Shown in pieces: positions 49,096 through 62,419 of a stretch of DNA of 64,000 nucleotides. The DNA comes from Saccostrea echinata. Lineage: Eukaryota. The position numbers were made by a program, and so were the translations under genes. The DNA lies in contig NW_026889779.1 in assembly GCF_033153115.1 (NCBI RefSeq), positions 11,098,001 through 11,162,000 of the forward strand. The letters run 5' to 3'. Below the pieces are notes generated by a model. The model was not told the origin of the DNA. It searched no databases and saw only the letters and a program-made list of their open reading frames with translations. Each line of letters opens with the position of its first letter. Positions within the stretch are counted from its first letter, which is position 1.

Positions 49096-49284
49096 ATTCT
49101 CACACATCAAACTTTGTTGCAAACTATTTCCTTTTACTTGAATGTATGTGTATAAATATAATCAACTAATTAATCATACCATTTTGAATGGAACATGTTT
49201 TAGAATTAGTTTTATGAATGATGAACTGTTAATATAGGATGGCAAAATAAGAAGGAAAAGCTACAGTAAATTCAGATGTTTCAT

Positions 49285-49900
49285 TTTTAGCTCACCTGAA
49301 CCAAATGCTGAAGTGAGATTCTCTGATTCAAGAATGTCTGATATCCATCTGTAAATATTTCATATTTTCATTAACTTTTCCAGAACCTCTTTGTCAATAT
49401 TTATAAAACTTTCTATAAAGCATTGTTGGATGAATAAGATACAGATTTGTTCAAATGAAGAGCCATATCCCTATTTCATAGGGAGATAATCAAGAAATAG
49501 TGAAAATGAGGGTCTTCTAGAATCTTCTTTTCAAGAACAGCTAGACCAGAAAAGAAAGCTCCCACATACAATCAGACCTTTAAATTTTTTATTGGATTTG
49601 AGATAATGAGGTTAATATACATACAAAAAGTAGTGAGGCTTTCATATCCATGGTATTAGAGGTGTTGATGTTCAAGATACTTTAACTGTACAGTAGATAA
49701 ATCATAGCTCATGGGGGCTAGGATGGAGCCAAAATAGGGAATCGAAGTATGGATGAAAATCTCAAGAACCGCAAATTAGCCATAATGATATGCTAGCATC
49801 CTAATGTTGTGTAGATTACAGTTTATTCAAATCATGATCCCTAGGTATGCCACAATTGGGGAACAATACAGAAATAGATATCAACATTTGCAAGAACAAA
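49285..49900 (+). mobile_element. Helentron-like element just downstream of the PPID stop
   Basis: TTTTAGCTCACCTGAACC terminus followed by degenerate satellite monomers. Confidence 0.6.
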
Positions 49901-50357
49901 AAACTTGTAATGCTCACATTTGAAGCCTCAAATGTACTTTGATATTAAGTTGCTGCTCGTACATTATAGACTTTCCTTTGGTGACCACTGTAAGGATTTT
50001 CAATAGATTGTTTGTGAAAGGAAACCTTTTAAGAAAATTATATTTGGTCAATACTATTACATGTACTACTTATATTGTATGTCAGTAATACAAGTATTTT
50101 TACTTAAGTTTGCCTTTAATTGAGCATTGTGTAAAGGATTTGTGAGGGTTTGTCATTTCATGCTTAAGATTTGCTACATTTTTTTTTTCATTATGATCAA
50201 TTCTTTTTACAAGGATTTATACTGAAGAACATAACATTTTATTTCAGTGTTCATATATCAAATACATGTACTGTAGATGAATAAAGACTTTAAATACAAA
50301 AACATTCTTTTCTCAATTGATTGCATATTCGAAGGCAAATCTTTTTATCAAGTAATC

Positions 50358-51755
50358 TGTGAGTCACTCAGGTGACCTATTGCCATCTGTTTTTGTCTGT
50401 CCTAGTTTGACATTCGTCATCTCTTGTGGTTAAAATTTGATAATTTTTCAGCTTCTTCTCAGGAATAGCTGAACCAATTTGGCATATGGTATCTTTTGGT
50501 GAGGAGGAACAAAAAATATGAATTTCATGGTCCCTGTCCTACTGGGGTTGTGCTCAAAACCATGAAAGTTAAGGCAATCTTTAAAAATCTTCTTTACTCC
50601 TGGACATCAAGCAGTCAAACTGTTGGCATGACTGTGATAAGCATTAAGACCTCTACTAAAATTGTTAAATTCATAGCCCCATGGTCAAGGGTTTTGGTGT
50701 TAGGGTGGGGCTCTATAGATTATATAGTGAAAATGAAGAAATCTTCTCTCTCCCTTTATATTTAGCAGAAAAACTGCATGCAAAGATATGATGAGCAAGG
50801 GTGCCTCTTCGAAATATGTGAAATTCATGGCCCTACTTAAAGATAGGGTCCAGGTAATAGGCTGAAACTCTATTGGTGTTGAAGTGAAAGTGCATTTATT
50901 ATTTGAAAATCTACGCTGCTCCTGGGTATTAAGAACACAAACTTATAACTTTAGGCAATTCTTCAAGTTATACAAACATGGTTATGATGAGCAAGAGTGC
51001 CTCTTCCAAAATTGTGAAATTCATGGCCCCTGGGTCAGGGGTTCTGGAGTTAGGTGGGGCTCCATCAATCATATAGTGAAAATGCATTGATTCTTTGAAA
51101 ATAAAGTACGAACTAAGGAAATGATGATCTCCACTGAAATAAGAAATCTAAACTAACAATGGTCCCAGAAATGTCTTTTAATGGTGAATTCTCAAATTCC
51201 TTTTATCTCCCCTTCTTATCAGTAATCCCGAGTCCACTCGTGGCTGTGGTACCCTTGATGTTGTGAGGATGACTCTCCCTCAAGATTTTGCCTTATTTTA
51301 TAAAGCTTCAAGCTAGAAAATGTTCATTTGAAGAAAATGAATCTGCATTTGGAATATATCCAAGTTCATTCATGCACCAGTTCATTCAAACTGATCTTGG
51401 GTTAGGCATGTAGCATCGTTTTTTTTAATGGACAATCAGGATAATAATTTGAAAATTTACCTTAAGTCTTTGTCTAGCAATACATGACTAAACTTCGACA
51501 AAAATGGGGGGGGGGGGGGACCAGCCTTTCAACAAACATTTTCATTCTAAATCAATAGTTAAAGATTATGTTCTAAAAAACATTGGAGTGGGGCATCCCC
51601 CCTTTCTACGTGCCTGTGGGTGAAATCTTTAAGTTCGAATGAAGTTTACTGATCTTTGATCATCTTTTTTTCTCATTTTATTTTATTATGTCCATGGATC
51701 TTTTTCAGAGTTGTTTTATTCTCAGATGACTATTAAGACCCTATGGCCTCTTGTT
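50358..51755 (+). mobile_element. Helentron-like element (second subfamily) with a satellite array
   Basis: 5-prime GAGTCACTCAGGTGACCTATTGC, monomers AAATTGTGAAATTCATGGCCCCTGGGTCAGGGGTT, 3-prime CTCAGATGAC..CCCTATGGCCTCTTGTT. Confidence 0.55.
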
Positions 51756-52794
51756 GTCTTTAGAATAAAATAATAATTTATGTTGAAAAACTCTGGAAAA
51801 GACCTGATCCCCCCCCCCCCCCCTGTGCCTTTGGGGGAAATCTGTAAGTTAGACTGAAAGTTGACTTGTCTGAAATATAAACTAGTTGCAACTCTTTATG
51901 AAAAAAAATTTCTGATGTTATATAATTTTCACTGGATTTGCATGTGGGACTGGTAGATCAGGTGAGCTATCTTCGAAGTAAATGATCAATGACGATCATA
52001 TGGAGTTTGTACACTGGATACCCATGACAATCGTATGATTTCATCGGATTTTTTAAGATTTTTCTTGCAAACGTGTTAGTTAGCATTCAATTCTAACTTG
52101 TATCACAGGTGCTTGTGGACCCCAATATATACACCCTGGTCCAAGGATTTCATAAATTATTCCTCTGATAAGAGCGATAACTCTCACTCGGATAAGTGAC
52201 TAATTTCCTTATAAAATTGTCAAGTTAAAAGGCCATTCTGACAAAATTTTTCTCCGTAAGGTATGATGAAATTGTGTGCACTTTATTTAAATATTAAATT
52301 TCTTTTGGAAAATAACTAGCTTCAAACTAAAAAGAATTATGAGTACACAGGGAGGGTGAACCTTAAAAATTTCTTGAAGATTTTGTATGTTTATTTTGTT
52401 GCAACGAATTAAAAAAATCCCTGTACAGTATATGTCCTGAATCAGCCACCGTAGAAAACAACCAAAGCATTTCTAGACGTAAAAGAAAAAAATCAATTGT
52501 GCAGAGGTTTACGTGTATGCATGATGTTGAATTTTAAATGGATTTGTAAAAAATGATCGTAACAAATCTTCCTATCGAGGGGCTTTTACGTGGATCCAAG
52601 GTGACTTATTTATGGGTTCATTTCTTGTCAACTCTGAGACGCAAAAAAATAAAACAATCCTCGTCAACTCGATCATGTCTTTCGCTTTGCAATAGAAAAT
52701 AATACAAATCAGGACTGGTCGCTGTGTGACACAAACTATAGATTCACAAATCCTAGTGTACATTTTTGGATCTTGATTTCTTGTATAAAAATAG

Positions 52795-54174
52795 ATGCAG
52801 GAACAGACGAAAAGTACGGAGGAGAAGGTGAGTTTTTATTCTAGTACAATATCCTTATTGTACAGATGTAACATTTAAAGTAAATACTGCACGTCAGATT
52901 GATGAATACCGGGTTAAGACATTATATTTATAGTCTGTCATTTCTAACTCGCCTGGAAGTATTATGGAGAATTCCCACATGAAGCAAAATGAAAATAATA
53001 AATATGAAAGATTTATCATTTCCAAACCAATTTTCCTCAGATAGGATACGTGCAGCTTCAAAGAAAGAACGAGGGCGCATTTGATTAGCATTCGGCTGGA
53101 ATCTGTGTGCACTGAAAAATTTCTTTGATCTATCACATGAAATTTTAACATTCTTTGATGTATTGGGTTCTTGTGAATTCGAAATAGGAAAGGGGAATAT
53201 TTTCCCCATATTGTGTTTTGATTTGCTAAAGAATAACTTGAAAATTGACATAAAATTGTCTTAATTAGAAGAGTATTTTAATAGAATACCAGTCATGCAT
53301 TCAGCAAATTTTATCTCAGTGTAGTTTGAATGTCAGTTTTGAATAAAACATCAAGATTTTACGTAAACACTAAAAAAAATTGTAACCTCTAAACCCATTT
53401 TCTTGGCCCTGAGATCTTGCTTGTCTGCATGATAAAATTAGAACCACAGTAAAAATTGCTTTTATTTTATGTTAGCATTTTAAATACAGTGTTGTAGGAA
53501 TAGATTCCCCTGCAAGGAAAGTGAAGTCTGGTCGAAACTGAATGATAACATGAGCGTACTGCAGCAGTTACTGTATCTCCCCACCCTGTTAGATAATCTC
53601 CGGAGGAGGGGCTTGATCGACCAGCAGACAATCGAAAGCCTTTCACTTTTAAATCGGGATGACGCAGTCATGAGACTTTTAAATATACTGGTGACCGGGA
53701 GACCCTCCCGAGCCCTCGACATGTGTGACGCTCTACAGGAAGCAAACCTCGACATAGCAGAAAAAGTGGGACTGGGCCCTCTCCCAGGTATGCTGGCACA
53801 ATTAATTATGTGCGTACATTTTCTTTTGAGTTATGAAATAAAAAAAGAACGAACGTGTTGAAATGGATAAACTTTAAAAAGCTAGATATATTTTAATAAA
53901 TTTTAGATAGTTTTAACAAAACATATGCTTGCTCATTTTTTTTTTAAATTAATAAGTTCAGTTTAACCGTAAGCTTTTTATGCAGTCAGTTTTGTCATAA
54001 CATTGAAAACTTAACAGTTATATTAAAGCTGCAGAAGATTGTACAGATGCTCCGGCTCATAGTCCTATTGTTAAATCCTATCATGCTGTGTTAACAATAT
54101 CTATAGAGCCTCACATACACATTGAGCCTAATCAACTTTGTCATTCACGGAATAGACATTTAGTTTTCATGTAA
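52795..54174 (+). CDS. Small CARD (death-fold) domain protein, paralogue A
   Basis: Exons 52795-52827 (tentative, MQEQTKSTEEK), 53490-53787, 54029-54174. KLNDNMSVLQQLLYLPTLLDNLRRRGLIDQQTIESL..RDDAVMRLLNILVTGRPSRALDMCDALQEANLDIAEKV fits the CARD helix pattern. Exon sizes (298 and 146 nt) are identical to paralogue B. Confidence 0.75.
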
Positions 54175-54315
54175 CTTTTACGTTACATTGGATATACTGT
54201 CAGGTTAGTATCACCGTTTCTTGATTCGTAGAGGAGATTTTTCTTTTTCAGTTTCTGTACGCTTACCCCTTTGATCTGTTTTTTTATGAGGCAAATACTG
54301 TGATATTATAATGAT

Positions 54316-55095
54316 TTTTAGATCACCAGAGTCACTCAAGTGACCTGTTGCTATCTGTTTTCGTCCATCGTGTTAAATTAATATTCGTACATATTCAGCT
54401 TCTCTGAAACCGCTGAACCAATTCCAGCCAATTTTGGCATTGGGCGTCTATGGGTGAAGGAGAACATAATTTTTGAATTTCGTGATCCCCCCTGGGACGT
54501 GAAGGGTGGGACTAAAATTATAAAAATTGATGCATTGTTGAAAAAATCTTCTTCTTTAATCTTTACTTCTGGACATAAATCAGTTAACTGGTTGTAATAA
54601 TGAGTCCTTTACCAAAATTGTGAATTTCATGGCACCTGGATCAGGGGTTCTGGAGTTAGGGTGGGACCCTACTGATCATGTATTGAAAATGTATAAATAC
54701 TTTAAAAATCTTTTCTGTCCCTGTATATTTAGCAAACAAAGTATAAGTGGATGGTTGTATTGAGCAAAGCTTCTTCTTTCGAAATTGTGAAATTCATGGC
54801 CCCAGGATCAGGAGTTCTGGTGTTTGGGGTGGGGTGGGGGTGTATTGACAATATGGTGAAAACGCATTATTTCCTTGGAAATCTTCTTCTCTGGTCCTTG
54901 ATATTCAGCAGATAAACTAAGCGCATGGTTATGATGAGCGAGGATGCCTCGTCTAAAATTGTGAAAATCATGGCCCCATGCAGGGTCAGGGTTTCTGTTG
55001 TTAGGGTGGGGCTCTATTGATTTTATCGTGAAAATGCATAAATTCTTTGAAAATCTTCTTCTCTGCTCCTGGGTATTAAGCAATCAAAGGAAGTG
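54316..55095 (+). mobile_element. Helentron-like element (second subfamily) with a satellite array
   Basis: TTTTAGATCACCAGAGTCACTCAAGTGACC terminus, with 3-4 monomers AAATTGTGAAATTCATGGCCCC. Confidence 0.65.
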
Positions 55096-56684
55096 CATTT
55101 TCATCATGTAGCCTTGAAATATGCGTCTTTATGTAGTTAGAGAGAGCCATCAAAAGTTGCAAAAGCTTGAAGAAAACTAACGTTATTATCTGAAAACCAT
55201 TTTACGTATTTCTCGCCTTGCATTTGACCTACTGAGCTCAAAATCAAGAGAGTTCTTCTTTAAATCTCAAGGGAGTTAGATATAAAAGTTCTCTTATCTT
55301 AGTAAATTGGGGAAACAGACTGGAAAATTACGGACAGTATTTGAAAGTATAAATTTTTCACAGAAATACACAAAAAAATAGGAGGGTATTCTCGTGTACA
55401 ATACTCTTCAAGCAATTTCAGGAATAAAAACCCCGTCTTTCATTAAACTAACAAACAAATAATCAATCCAAAAAAAAAAATGTCTCCCTTTAGATATAAG
55501 ATAACCATAAGATGAGCATGTCTACACTTTTCTAACATGAAGTGCTTAAAATCAATTCTATTAAATGGTTGTTTTTACTGTATACCACATTTTTTTAATT
55601 CCAGGATGAAGAGTCCATTATACTTGCGGTGATCCTAAGATAAATATGTGATACAGGAATTCTTTGTTTTGTTTGTCCCTTATAGGAACACTCAGAATAA
55701 TTGCAACTCCACATAATATTTCTTTCAGTTTGTATATTATATTATTTGTTGATAGTAAACATGTATTGTTACCTCAAGCTTGTATTTTTACTTGAGTTAC
55801 TTTTGTGTCGTTTTGCAATTTGTGTCTATAATCTTGAAGTAAAAATTTATTATATACATGTAGTACTTTAATAAGAGTACGCCCAGTCCTTTGATTATTT
55901 TCTTATTGCTCAAATTGTGGATTATCGTTCAGAAAGTTGTTCATTTTTCCTTTCTTCCTTTTTTTAAAATCATTTTTTCCCTCATTTTAAAGTTTTAAAA
56001 GACTTTTCTGTCATGGAATTGAAATTTTAGAGATTAATATAGGGAAAGGAAGTTAAAAAAAATTAAAGTTTGATGCACAACGAAGATATTTATAGAACTT
56101 ACGAAAAAAAAAGAACTTTTTTAAAATAATAAGCTACTCACAAAGCATTATTCTACCCAAATCTCTATTCCATTTGTCCATTTGCTCATGGTAAACATCA
56201 GTCAATAAAAGACTTCTTCAAAAAAGGGTTACTGCACAGTGAGTGTTATATAGCAAAGGTTCCCCCTTTCAGAAATTCCCTAGGGTTAATTTGCTATATA
56301 TAGCAAAACTAACCCCGGATTATTTTCATATAGCAAATCTTTCCCTAATGGAATGCTATATTCTACCCCCTTCCACTTTAGAAATGAGTGCTTATTCGCA
56401 AATATTCCCCTCTTTGTAGAATTTCTTTGCCCGGAATGTTGCGATATTATGGAGGAACCCCCCCCCCCCCCACTTATCCGGATTATGGTTATTTTGGTTA
56501 TTTTAATTATAAAATCTGTACGATGAAATGCTACTGAGTTAATACGATTAATTAAAATTTGCAGTCTTTTATTTGTAAACAATAAGGCACAAGACTTTGT
56601 GTAGTGTGACATAACAAACTTTACACGAACTGCGAGGCACATGTTAATTGATATTCAACTTTCAGGGTTTTTTTTACTGTTGGA

Positions 56685-56755
56685 AAAAGCCAAGTCTTCC
56701 AATAATTTGTTGGAATTTCCATGGATACTAATTGTGGCCCGTTATTATCAGACCT

Positions 56756-56791
<36 letters not shown>

Positions 56792-56980
56792 TATTCTTAT
56801 GAAGCCAAATTAATTCAAAAAGTTAAAAACGTGAAAAGAAGTCTCTTGTTGTGACCTTCTATTCGACATTTAGTTATATTAACGACGTTTTATCAATAAA
56901 CAATATTCATTTTCATTCCTGTGTTGATTCAGTATATCCCACTAAACTCGAAATAAAAACCACCACAGATTCTGACATCG
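56685..56980 (+). mobile_element. Penelope-like retroelement RT fragment
   Basis: QVFQ*FVGISMDTNCGPLLSDLF-(polyT)-YSYEAKLIQ...STFSYINDVLSINN..VYPTKLEIKTTT resembles the PLE RT motifs GIPMGTNCAPLLADLFLYSYE and FRYIDD. Confidence 0.75.
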
Positions 56981-58229
56981 TAAGGAATGAAAATGTATCT
57001 GGAATTTTGGAAATCTGTAGATTCCTTCATTAAATTTATTAGATCTTGCCCTAAAGGTCAAGATCTAGTAAATGAAAGGTGCCTACAAATTTGAGAAAAA
57101 AGTTCCTTTTATGATGCTTCATCACTACAGCTTATTTAAATATTGTGTATCGGAGCATAATTTTTAGGTAAATAAGGCTAAAAACATATTTTAAATAGTC
57201 CTTTTTTATGAAAAATGAAGAAAACACGTCTTGAATTTTGGAGGGTTTTTTTTCTATATATCAGACAAATGAAATGTATCCATATCGCCTACAGTCTCCC
57301 TGAAAACAGTAATGTGTATGTCCTTGGCCTCTACTTATTGAATTGGTTATAGATATCGGTACAACTTTTCACATAATTTCAAGTTGAATTCCATGAAAAT
57401 GCTTTATTTTCTGTATAATGTTCTATTAAAGCTGTAAAGTAAGGGGGGAAAAAAAGAAAGTTGAGATTAATTATGACGTCATTAAGATTTTTTATGTTAG
57501 CAATTATGACGTCATAAAACATAATTGTTACGTCACAATCTATACACTGCACACATAAATATTATGAACATAAGAAAGAAAGAAGATCGATGCATGCATG
57601 ATGAAAAATGAAAAGTAATGAAACAATGGTGAGTTATTTTCTATACATATTGCGTATAAAAAAAAAGCTACATGTGTACATGAGAATTAAATGCCTTGGA
57701 AAACATGCCATGAATGACATAATACAGTACTAATTTTTTTTAATTATAGACCCTAGTTAATTTGTACTCTCACTCACTATATGTATAGTATATAGGTACT
57801 TGAACATAATGTAGCACATTGGATTTATTTTTAGATGTCCTCCCTTAAATAAATCTATCATTGCAACCCCCCTCCAAATGTTTAATTTATACATATTAAA
57901 AATTTTCATTTTATTGGTCTTGTAAAGTTTTCTATTACATGTCTTGATCAACTCAAAAAATTTCCTATGTAAAGTGGTAAATGAAGTTTTATTTAAGGTA
58001 TATATACTGCCATAGAGAATATTAATTTTCTTTTTTATTAATTATTTTATTTTTTTTCAACACAATTCATTCTATACAAAATGTCCATTATCTTTTCTAT
58101 AACAGAATTGTATATATATAGAATTACGAAAATAGTTGGTTCAACCTGTTTCACTGAGTGTCAATTTTCTCTTTCTCACCATTTTTATATGATATTTATT
58201 TTTGTGTCTGGTAAAAATAACTCACGTGT

Positions 58230-58950
58230 GATTATCGCAGTGTGCACATTTAGAGGTTTTTCAGTGTATCTAGAAGTATAAATATAATATTTTAACCATA
58301 AGATTAAGATATTTGCTATTTCATTATTTTTTCCTCTAATACCTAAAAATGAATGATTTTTTTGTTTTGGACAAATGGAGGTTTCTCTGCTGGAGATAAT
58401 ATTCAAAGTTTTCAAGGAGTGATCGTACAATATCACATTCATATAGGATAGTAGTATGTTCAATTGTCTCTTCTTCTTTTTGACAAAAAATACACTGCTT
58501 ATAAACAAACTGTCTGATTTTAAAATAAAAAAGAATTAGTTGCCAATATTTTATTTAAAATTCTGTACTGAAACCACTGGAGTTTACAGTTTTTTGTAAC
58601 TTGAAATGGTAATTTATGAATTATTTTGCATTCCTTGCTATCCAAATCAAATAATTCAATCCACTTTTTGTAACCAGCTGTTATAGAAGAATTTTCATTT
58701 AGAATTTCATAGAAGTTTTTTTTTGATTTTTTGCATTTTGATACAAGATAAAAATTTGACATAAGAGGATTTTCTGCTTTTTATAATTTTTTTTATCAAA
58801 GTTGTTCCTCTTTATCAAAGCTTTAACTGCATGGATTAAGCTAGAATATTCTAAAAAAAAAAAAATCTTTATATCTGTATAAGTATTGCAAAAGCATTCA
58901 TAGCTATAAAAAATGTCATCTACTCCAATAATTTCATTAATATATTTTGT
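58230..58950 (-). mobile_element. Degenerate L1/Tx1-like retrotransposon 3-prime region
   Basis: KYINEIIG..FLEYSSLIHAV, KLQWFQYRILNKILATNSFL (zf-RVT-like region), NILILWLKYYIY; several frameshifts. Confidence 0.7.
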
Positions 58951-61113
58951 ATTTAAACATATTTTATTGAAACATAATCAATAGGATTGGACACAAGTTT
59001 TACCAACTTAGAATTGTCCTCTCCAACACAAACAAAATGACATATACATATATACGTGATGTACAACCAACAAATGTACAATACAAAAAAAGTGCAGGGA
59101 AATAAGAAAAGAGTGGGGGGGGGAGGGTGCAAAGAAAGAAAGGAAAGGGGTTGTAATAGATACAGAATGGTTACGCTGGGTATTCATAAAAATCTTTTCG
59201 ATTTTTTAATATATTTGTGTACGGCTTTAACTATGTTCATATTATTTTGTTGTCCCAAGTTTGAGTCCCCAAATAGAATTATGTCAAGGTCTATTGTTCC
59301 TTTGTTATTTCTTATAGTGTGAAATAATTCTAATCTTATTTCAGCATAATTCTTACAATACAAAAAAAAGTGTTCAGTGTTTTCATTGATATATCCACAA
59401 GAACAATGAGTGTTATCTGAAAGCCTGACTTTGAACAGGTCTGACTTAAGGAGACTCACATTGTGTCTCATTCTAGTTAAAATTGAGTTTATTTTCTTTT
59501 CACCAAAAGAAAAATATTTTGGAGGAGATTCACATTTAAGAAGTCTTTTTTTTGAAAGCACTTACAGTTTCAAGGTTTCTGATTTCAGAGGGCAAGGCGT
59601 TCCATAATGATATTGTAGATGGAAAGAAGGAATTTTTTAATAAGTTCGTTCTACATTTGGGTATAACAATATTATTACAATTTCGTAAATCATACTGGGT
59701 TATTTCTGAGACTTCAGGAGGTAAGAGATTCGATAAATAGTCTGGCGCGAGACCATGTTTTATTTTAAACATTAAACATAACTTTCTCTTTTCTCGTCTA
59801 TAAGCAAGTGTTTCCCATCCTGTTTCATAATATAAAGAGTTACGGGGGGAGTAAATAGGAAGTCCAGTTACAATACGTGCAGCTTCTAATTGAAGTTTCT
59901 CTAGCCTTTCACAGTCAGCTGCAGAAATATTATCCCATACTTCTGATGCATATTCAAATAAGGGCCTAATAAATGTAGTATACATCTTTGTTAAGAAATC
60001 ACGATTTAAAGATAATTTCAATTTTCTAAGAACTGCAATTTCTTTTGAAGCCTTTTTAATAATATTATCAATGTGGTTTGTCCATTTCCCAGAATTCGAA
60101 AACGTAAGTCCAAGATGACAGTGAGTAGAAGATGGAATGATTTCTTGACTGTTAAACTTAAAGCTTAGTTTGGATACTTCATCTTCACTACTGCCAAATA
60201 TTAATATTTTGGTTTTTTCAGAATTAAATTTTACAAGCCAGTTTTTTGACCATTGGTTAATTTTTTCTAGATCATGGTTAGTAAGTTTTTCTAAGTCCTT
60301 CAAGTTTTTAGATGTGTTTGACACAGATGTGTCATCTGCAAATAGTCTAGAGAGACCTGAAAGTCCACATGGTAGGTCATTTATATATACTAAAAAAAGT
60401 AAAGGCCCAAGAACAGAACCTTGGGGAACTCCTGCTTTCGTTCTTCCCACTGAAGAACTTGATGATTTGATTTTGACCTGCTGTGATCGACCAGTAAGAT
60501 AATCATTTAACCAAGCAAGAACTTCACCCACAAACCCGTATTTTTCTAATTTGTATTTTAAGCCTTTCAACCAAACCGTATCGAATGCCTTACTGATATC
60601 ACAAAAAGCAAAGCAGGTGACTTCTTTATTGTCTAAAGCAATACAAATGTTATGATAAATTTCTATTAACTGGGTGACTGTTGAATGTCTACGCATAAAT
60701 CCAGCTTGTATGTTATATAACAGTTTATGTGATACTAAATGGTTATAAATGTATTTAAACATTACTCTTTCAAAGATTTTCCCCATACAACTCAACAAGG
60801 AAATTGGTCTGTAGTTTGATGGGTTTGATTTCTCTCCCTTTTTAAAGACAGGAATAACATTAGCATGTTTCCAAACACATGGAAATTTCCCAGTTTTCAG
60901 AGATTTATTGAACAGAATTTTTAGAGGGATTGCAATTTCATTACTTATTTCTTTTATTAGAATATGACTAAAATTGTCGGGACCGGAGGCTTTTTTAGAA
61001 TCTAAAATTTCGATAATATCCATAATTTCATTTTCGTCTATTATGATATTGTCAAGTTTGGCCTCTGTCCTTGTTTCGAATTCGGGAAGGTCTTTATCTA
61101 ATATTATTGTCAA
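58951..61113 (-). mobile_element. 5-prime-truncated CR1/L2-group LINE: RT ORF 59536-61113 plus frameshifted C-terminus 59184-59545
   Basis: KASGPD, NYRPISLL, QAGF, DISKAFD, GVPQGSVLGPLLF, LFADD, HLG, C-terminal CSCG..EHFFLYC. One extra A in an A8 run (59546-59553) breaks the frame. The 3-prime UTR has a stem-loop and AATAAA near 58970. The endonuclease domain is absent. Confidence 0.92.
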
Positions 61114-61255
61114 AAAGAATATTATGGAATTTATTTTAAAAGTGGGACAAGATTTTTTGGATATTTTTACGTGTGCGAAGCATTAAAACTAGCAGTTTTG
61201 ATCTCTGTCAGGGTGGTTTATTTACTCTTTCCATCTTAAAACAGGCCAGGGAGTA

Positions 61256-61312
61256 TTCTCTATTGAGAAGTTGGTGGCTCGTTAAACGAGCCATCAACTT
61301 CTCAATAGAGAA
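61256..61312. mobile_element. 57-bp TIR-only derivative of the 11491-12208 fold-back element
   Basis: TA|TTCTCTATTGAGAAGTTGGTGGCTCGTT-AAACGAGCCATCAACTTCTCAATAGAGAA|TA. Confidence 0.85.
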
Positions 61313-61474
61313 TAGCCATGCAGGGATTACATACGGTTACCAAAACGGGAAGGAAAAATATATAGAGAGTTTTGTCGCACTTCTGATATTCTTTATTACT
61401 GTGACAAAATATCACTTTCGTATTCTTTCACACTGTTATGAAATATTTATTTTTATTCAATGAATAAATATAGG

Positions 61475-61795
61475 ATCTCCCATGATTTGTAGTTAGATAT
61501 GATTTTTATCCAACGAGTTGTGTGTTTTTTTTTATCCCCGAGCCTTGGCGAGGGGATAAAAACACAAAACGAGTTGGATAAAAGTCATATCCAACTACAA
61601 ATCATGGGAGATTCTTTTTATCCCATGTTTAATACTTCACAACCAATGTTTTACACTGTTTTATGTAGGACTCCACTTTCTTTTACTTCATCACTCTAAC
61701 GTAAAAACCATTGTGACGTCACAACTGCACTTAACTGTGAGTTATGAAAAAAATACCCAATGAGTCATATCCACGGGATAAACATGGGATAAATT
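61475..61795. repeat. Palindromic double-hairpin element (possibly Crypton-derived)
   Basis: Hairpin 61475-61612 centred on CGAGCCTTGGCGAGG, then a second inverted pair TTTATCCCATGTTT / AAACATGGGATAAA. A smaller palindrome lies at 57034-57073. Confidence 0.65.
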
Positions 61796-62419
61796 ACAGT
61801 ATTTCACTGTTGAAAATATTAAACTGTTAAAAATCCAGTTTGACTCAGATTCGTGATGCCTTTCGTGTGCCCCTGTAACCCCCTGCGCAAGCGCATGTGT
61901 ATTTGTTTATACACGTACAATCACTGAATCAGTCATTCGATATTTCTTCCTGTGATATTAATTAGACAAGGTAAGTCCGTAAGAAACGAACGTAATTATC
62001 CTCAAAGAATCATATATGAGAATCACTGGAATCATTAAATATTTAACTAGGCTAGGGATCGTTTGAAGAAATAATGTAAGGGATACTGCCAAATTCAATC
62101 ACATCCTGACATGTGCTTCAGGAGGCGCAGATTTATAGATGATGATCAATACCCAATATTGATTTCAGAAATACAGCGTGCCATATATTAGTAGACATAG
62201 TTGTGTAACTGTACGTTGCGTCAGCATGGTCATGGACCTAGATACAGCTCCACACTAGTATATATTATAGGTCTCTGTTGCATCACCCACGTTTTTAAAA
62301 CGAAAGTAGATCTTAGCTTCTTTGTCTCTTACTAAGCTTGTACGTTTGGTGATTTCACGATAAAATAAAAATAAAATAAATGAATAAAATAAAATAAATG
62401 AATAAATAAAAAAAAAAAA

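Noticed and set aside
57474-57535. Three CRE-like palindromes as an enhancer
   Set aside because: They are embedded in transposon debris, where TGACGTCA motifs are common, and far from a supported TSS.
59540-59560. A-AAA-AAG slippery site as a programmed -1 frameshift in the LINE ORF
   Set aside because: Restoring the C-terminus needs a +1 shift. A single A insertion in a homopolymer (mutation or sequencing error) explains it.
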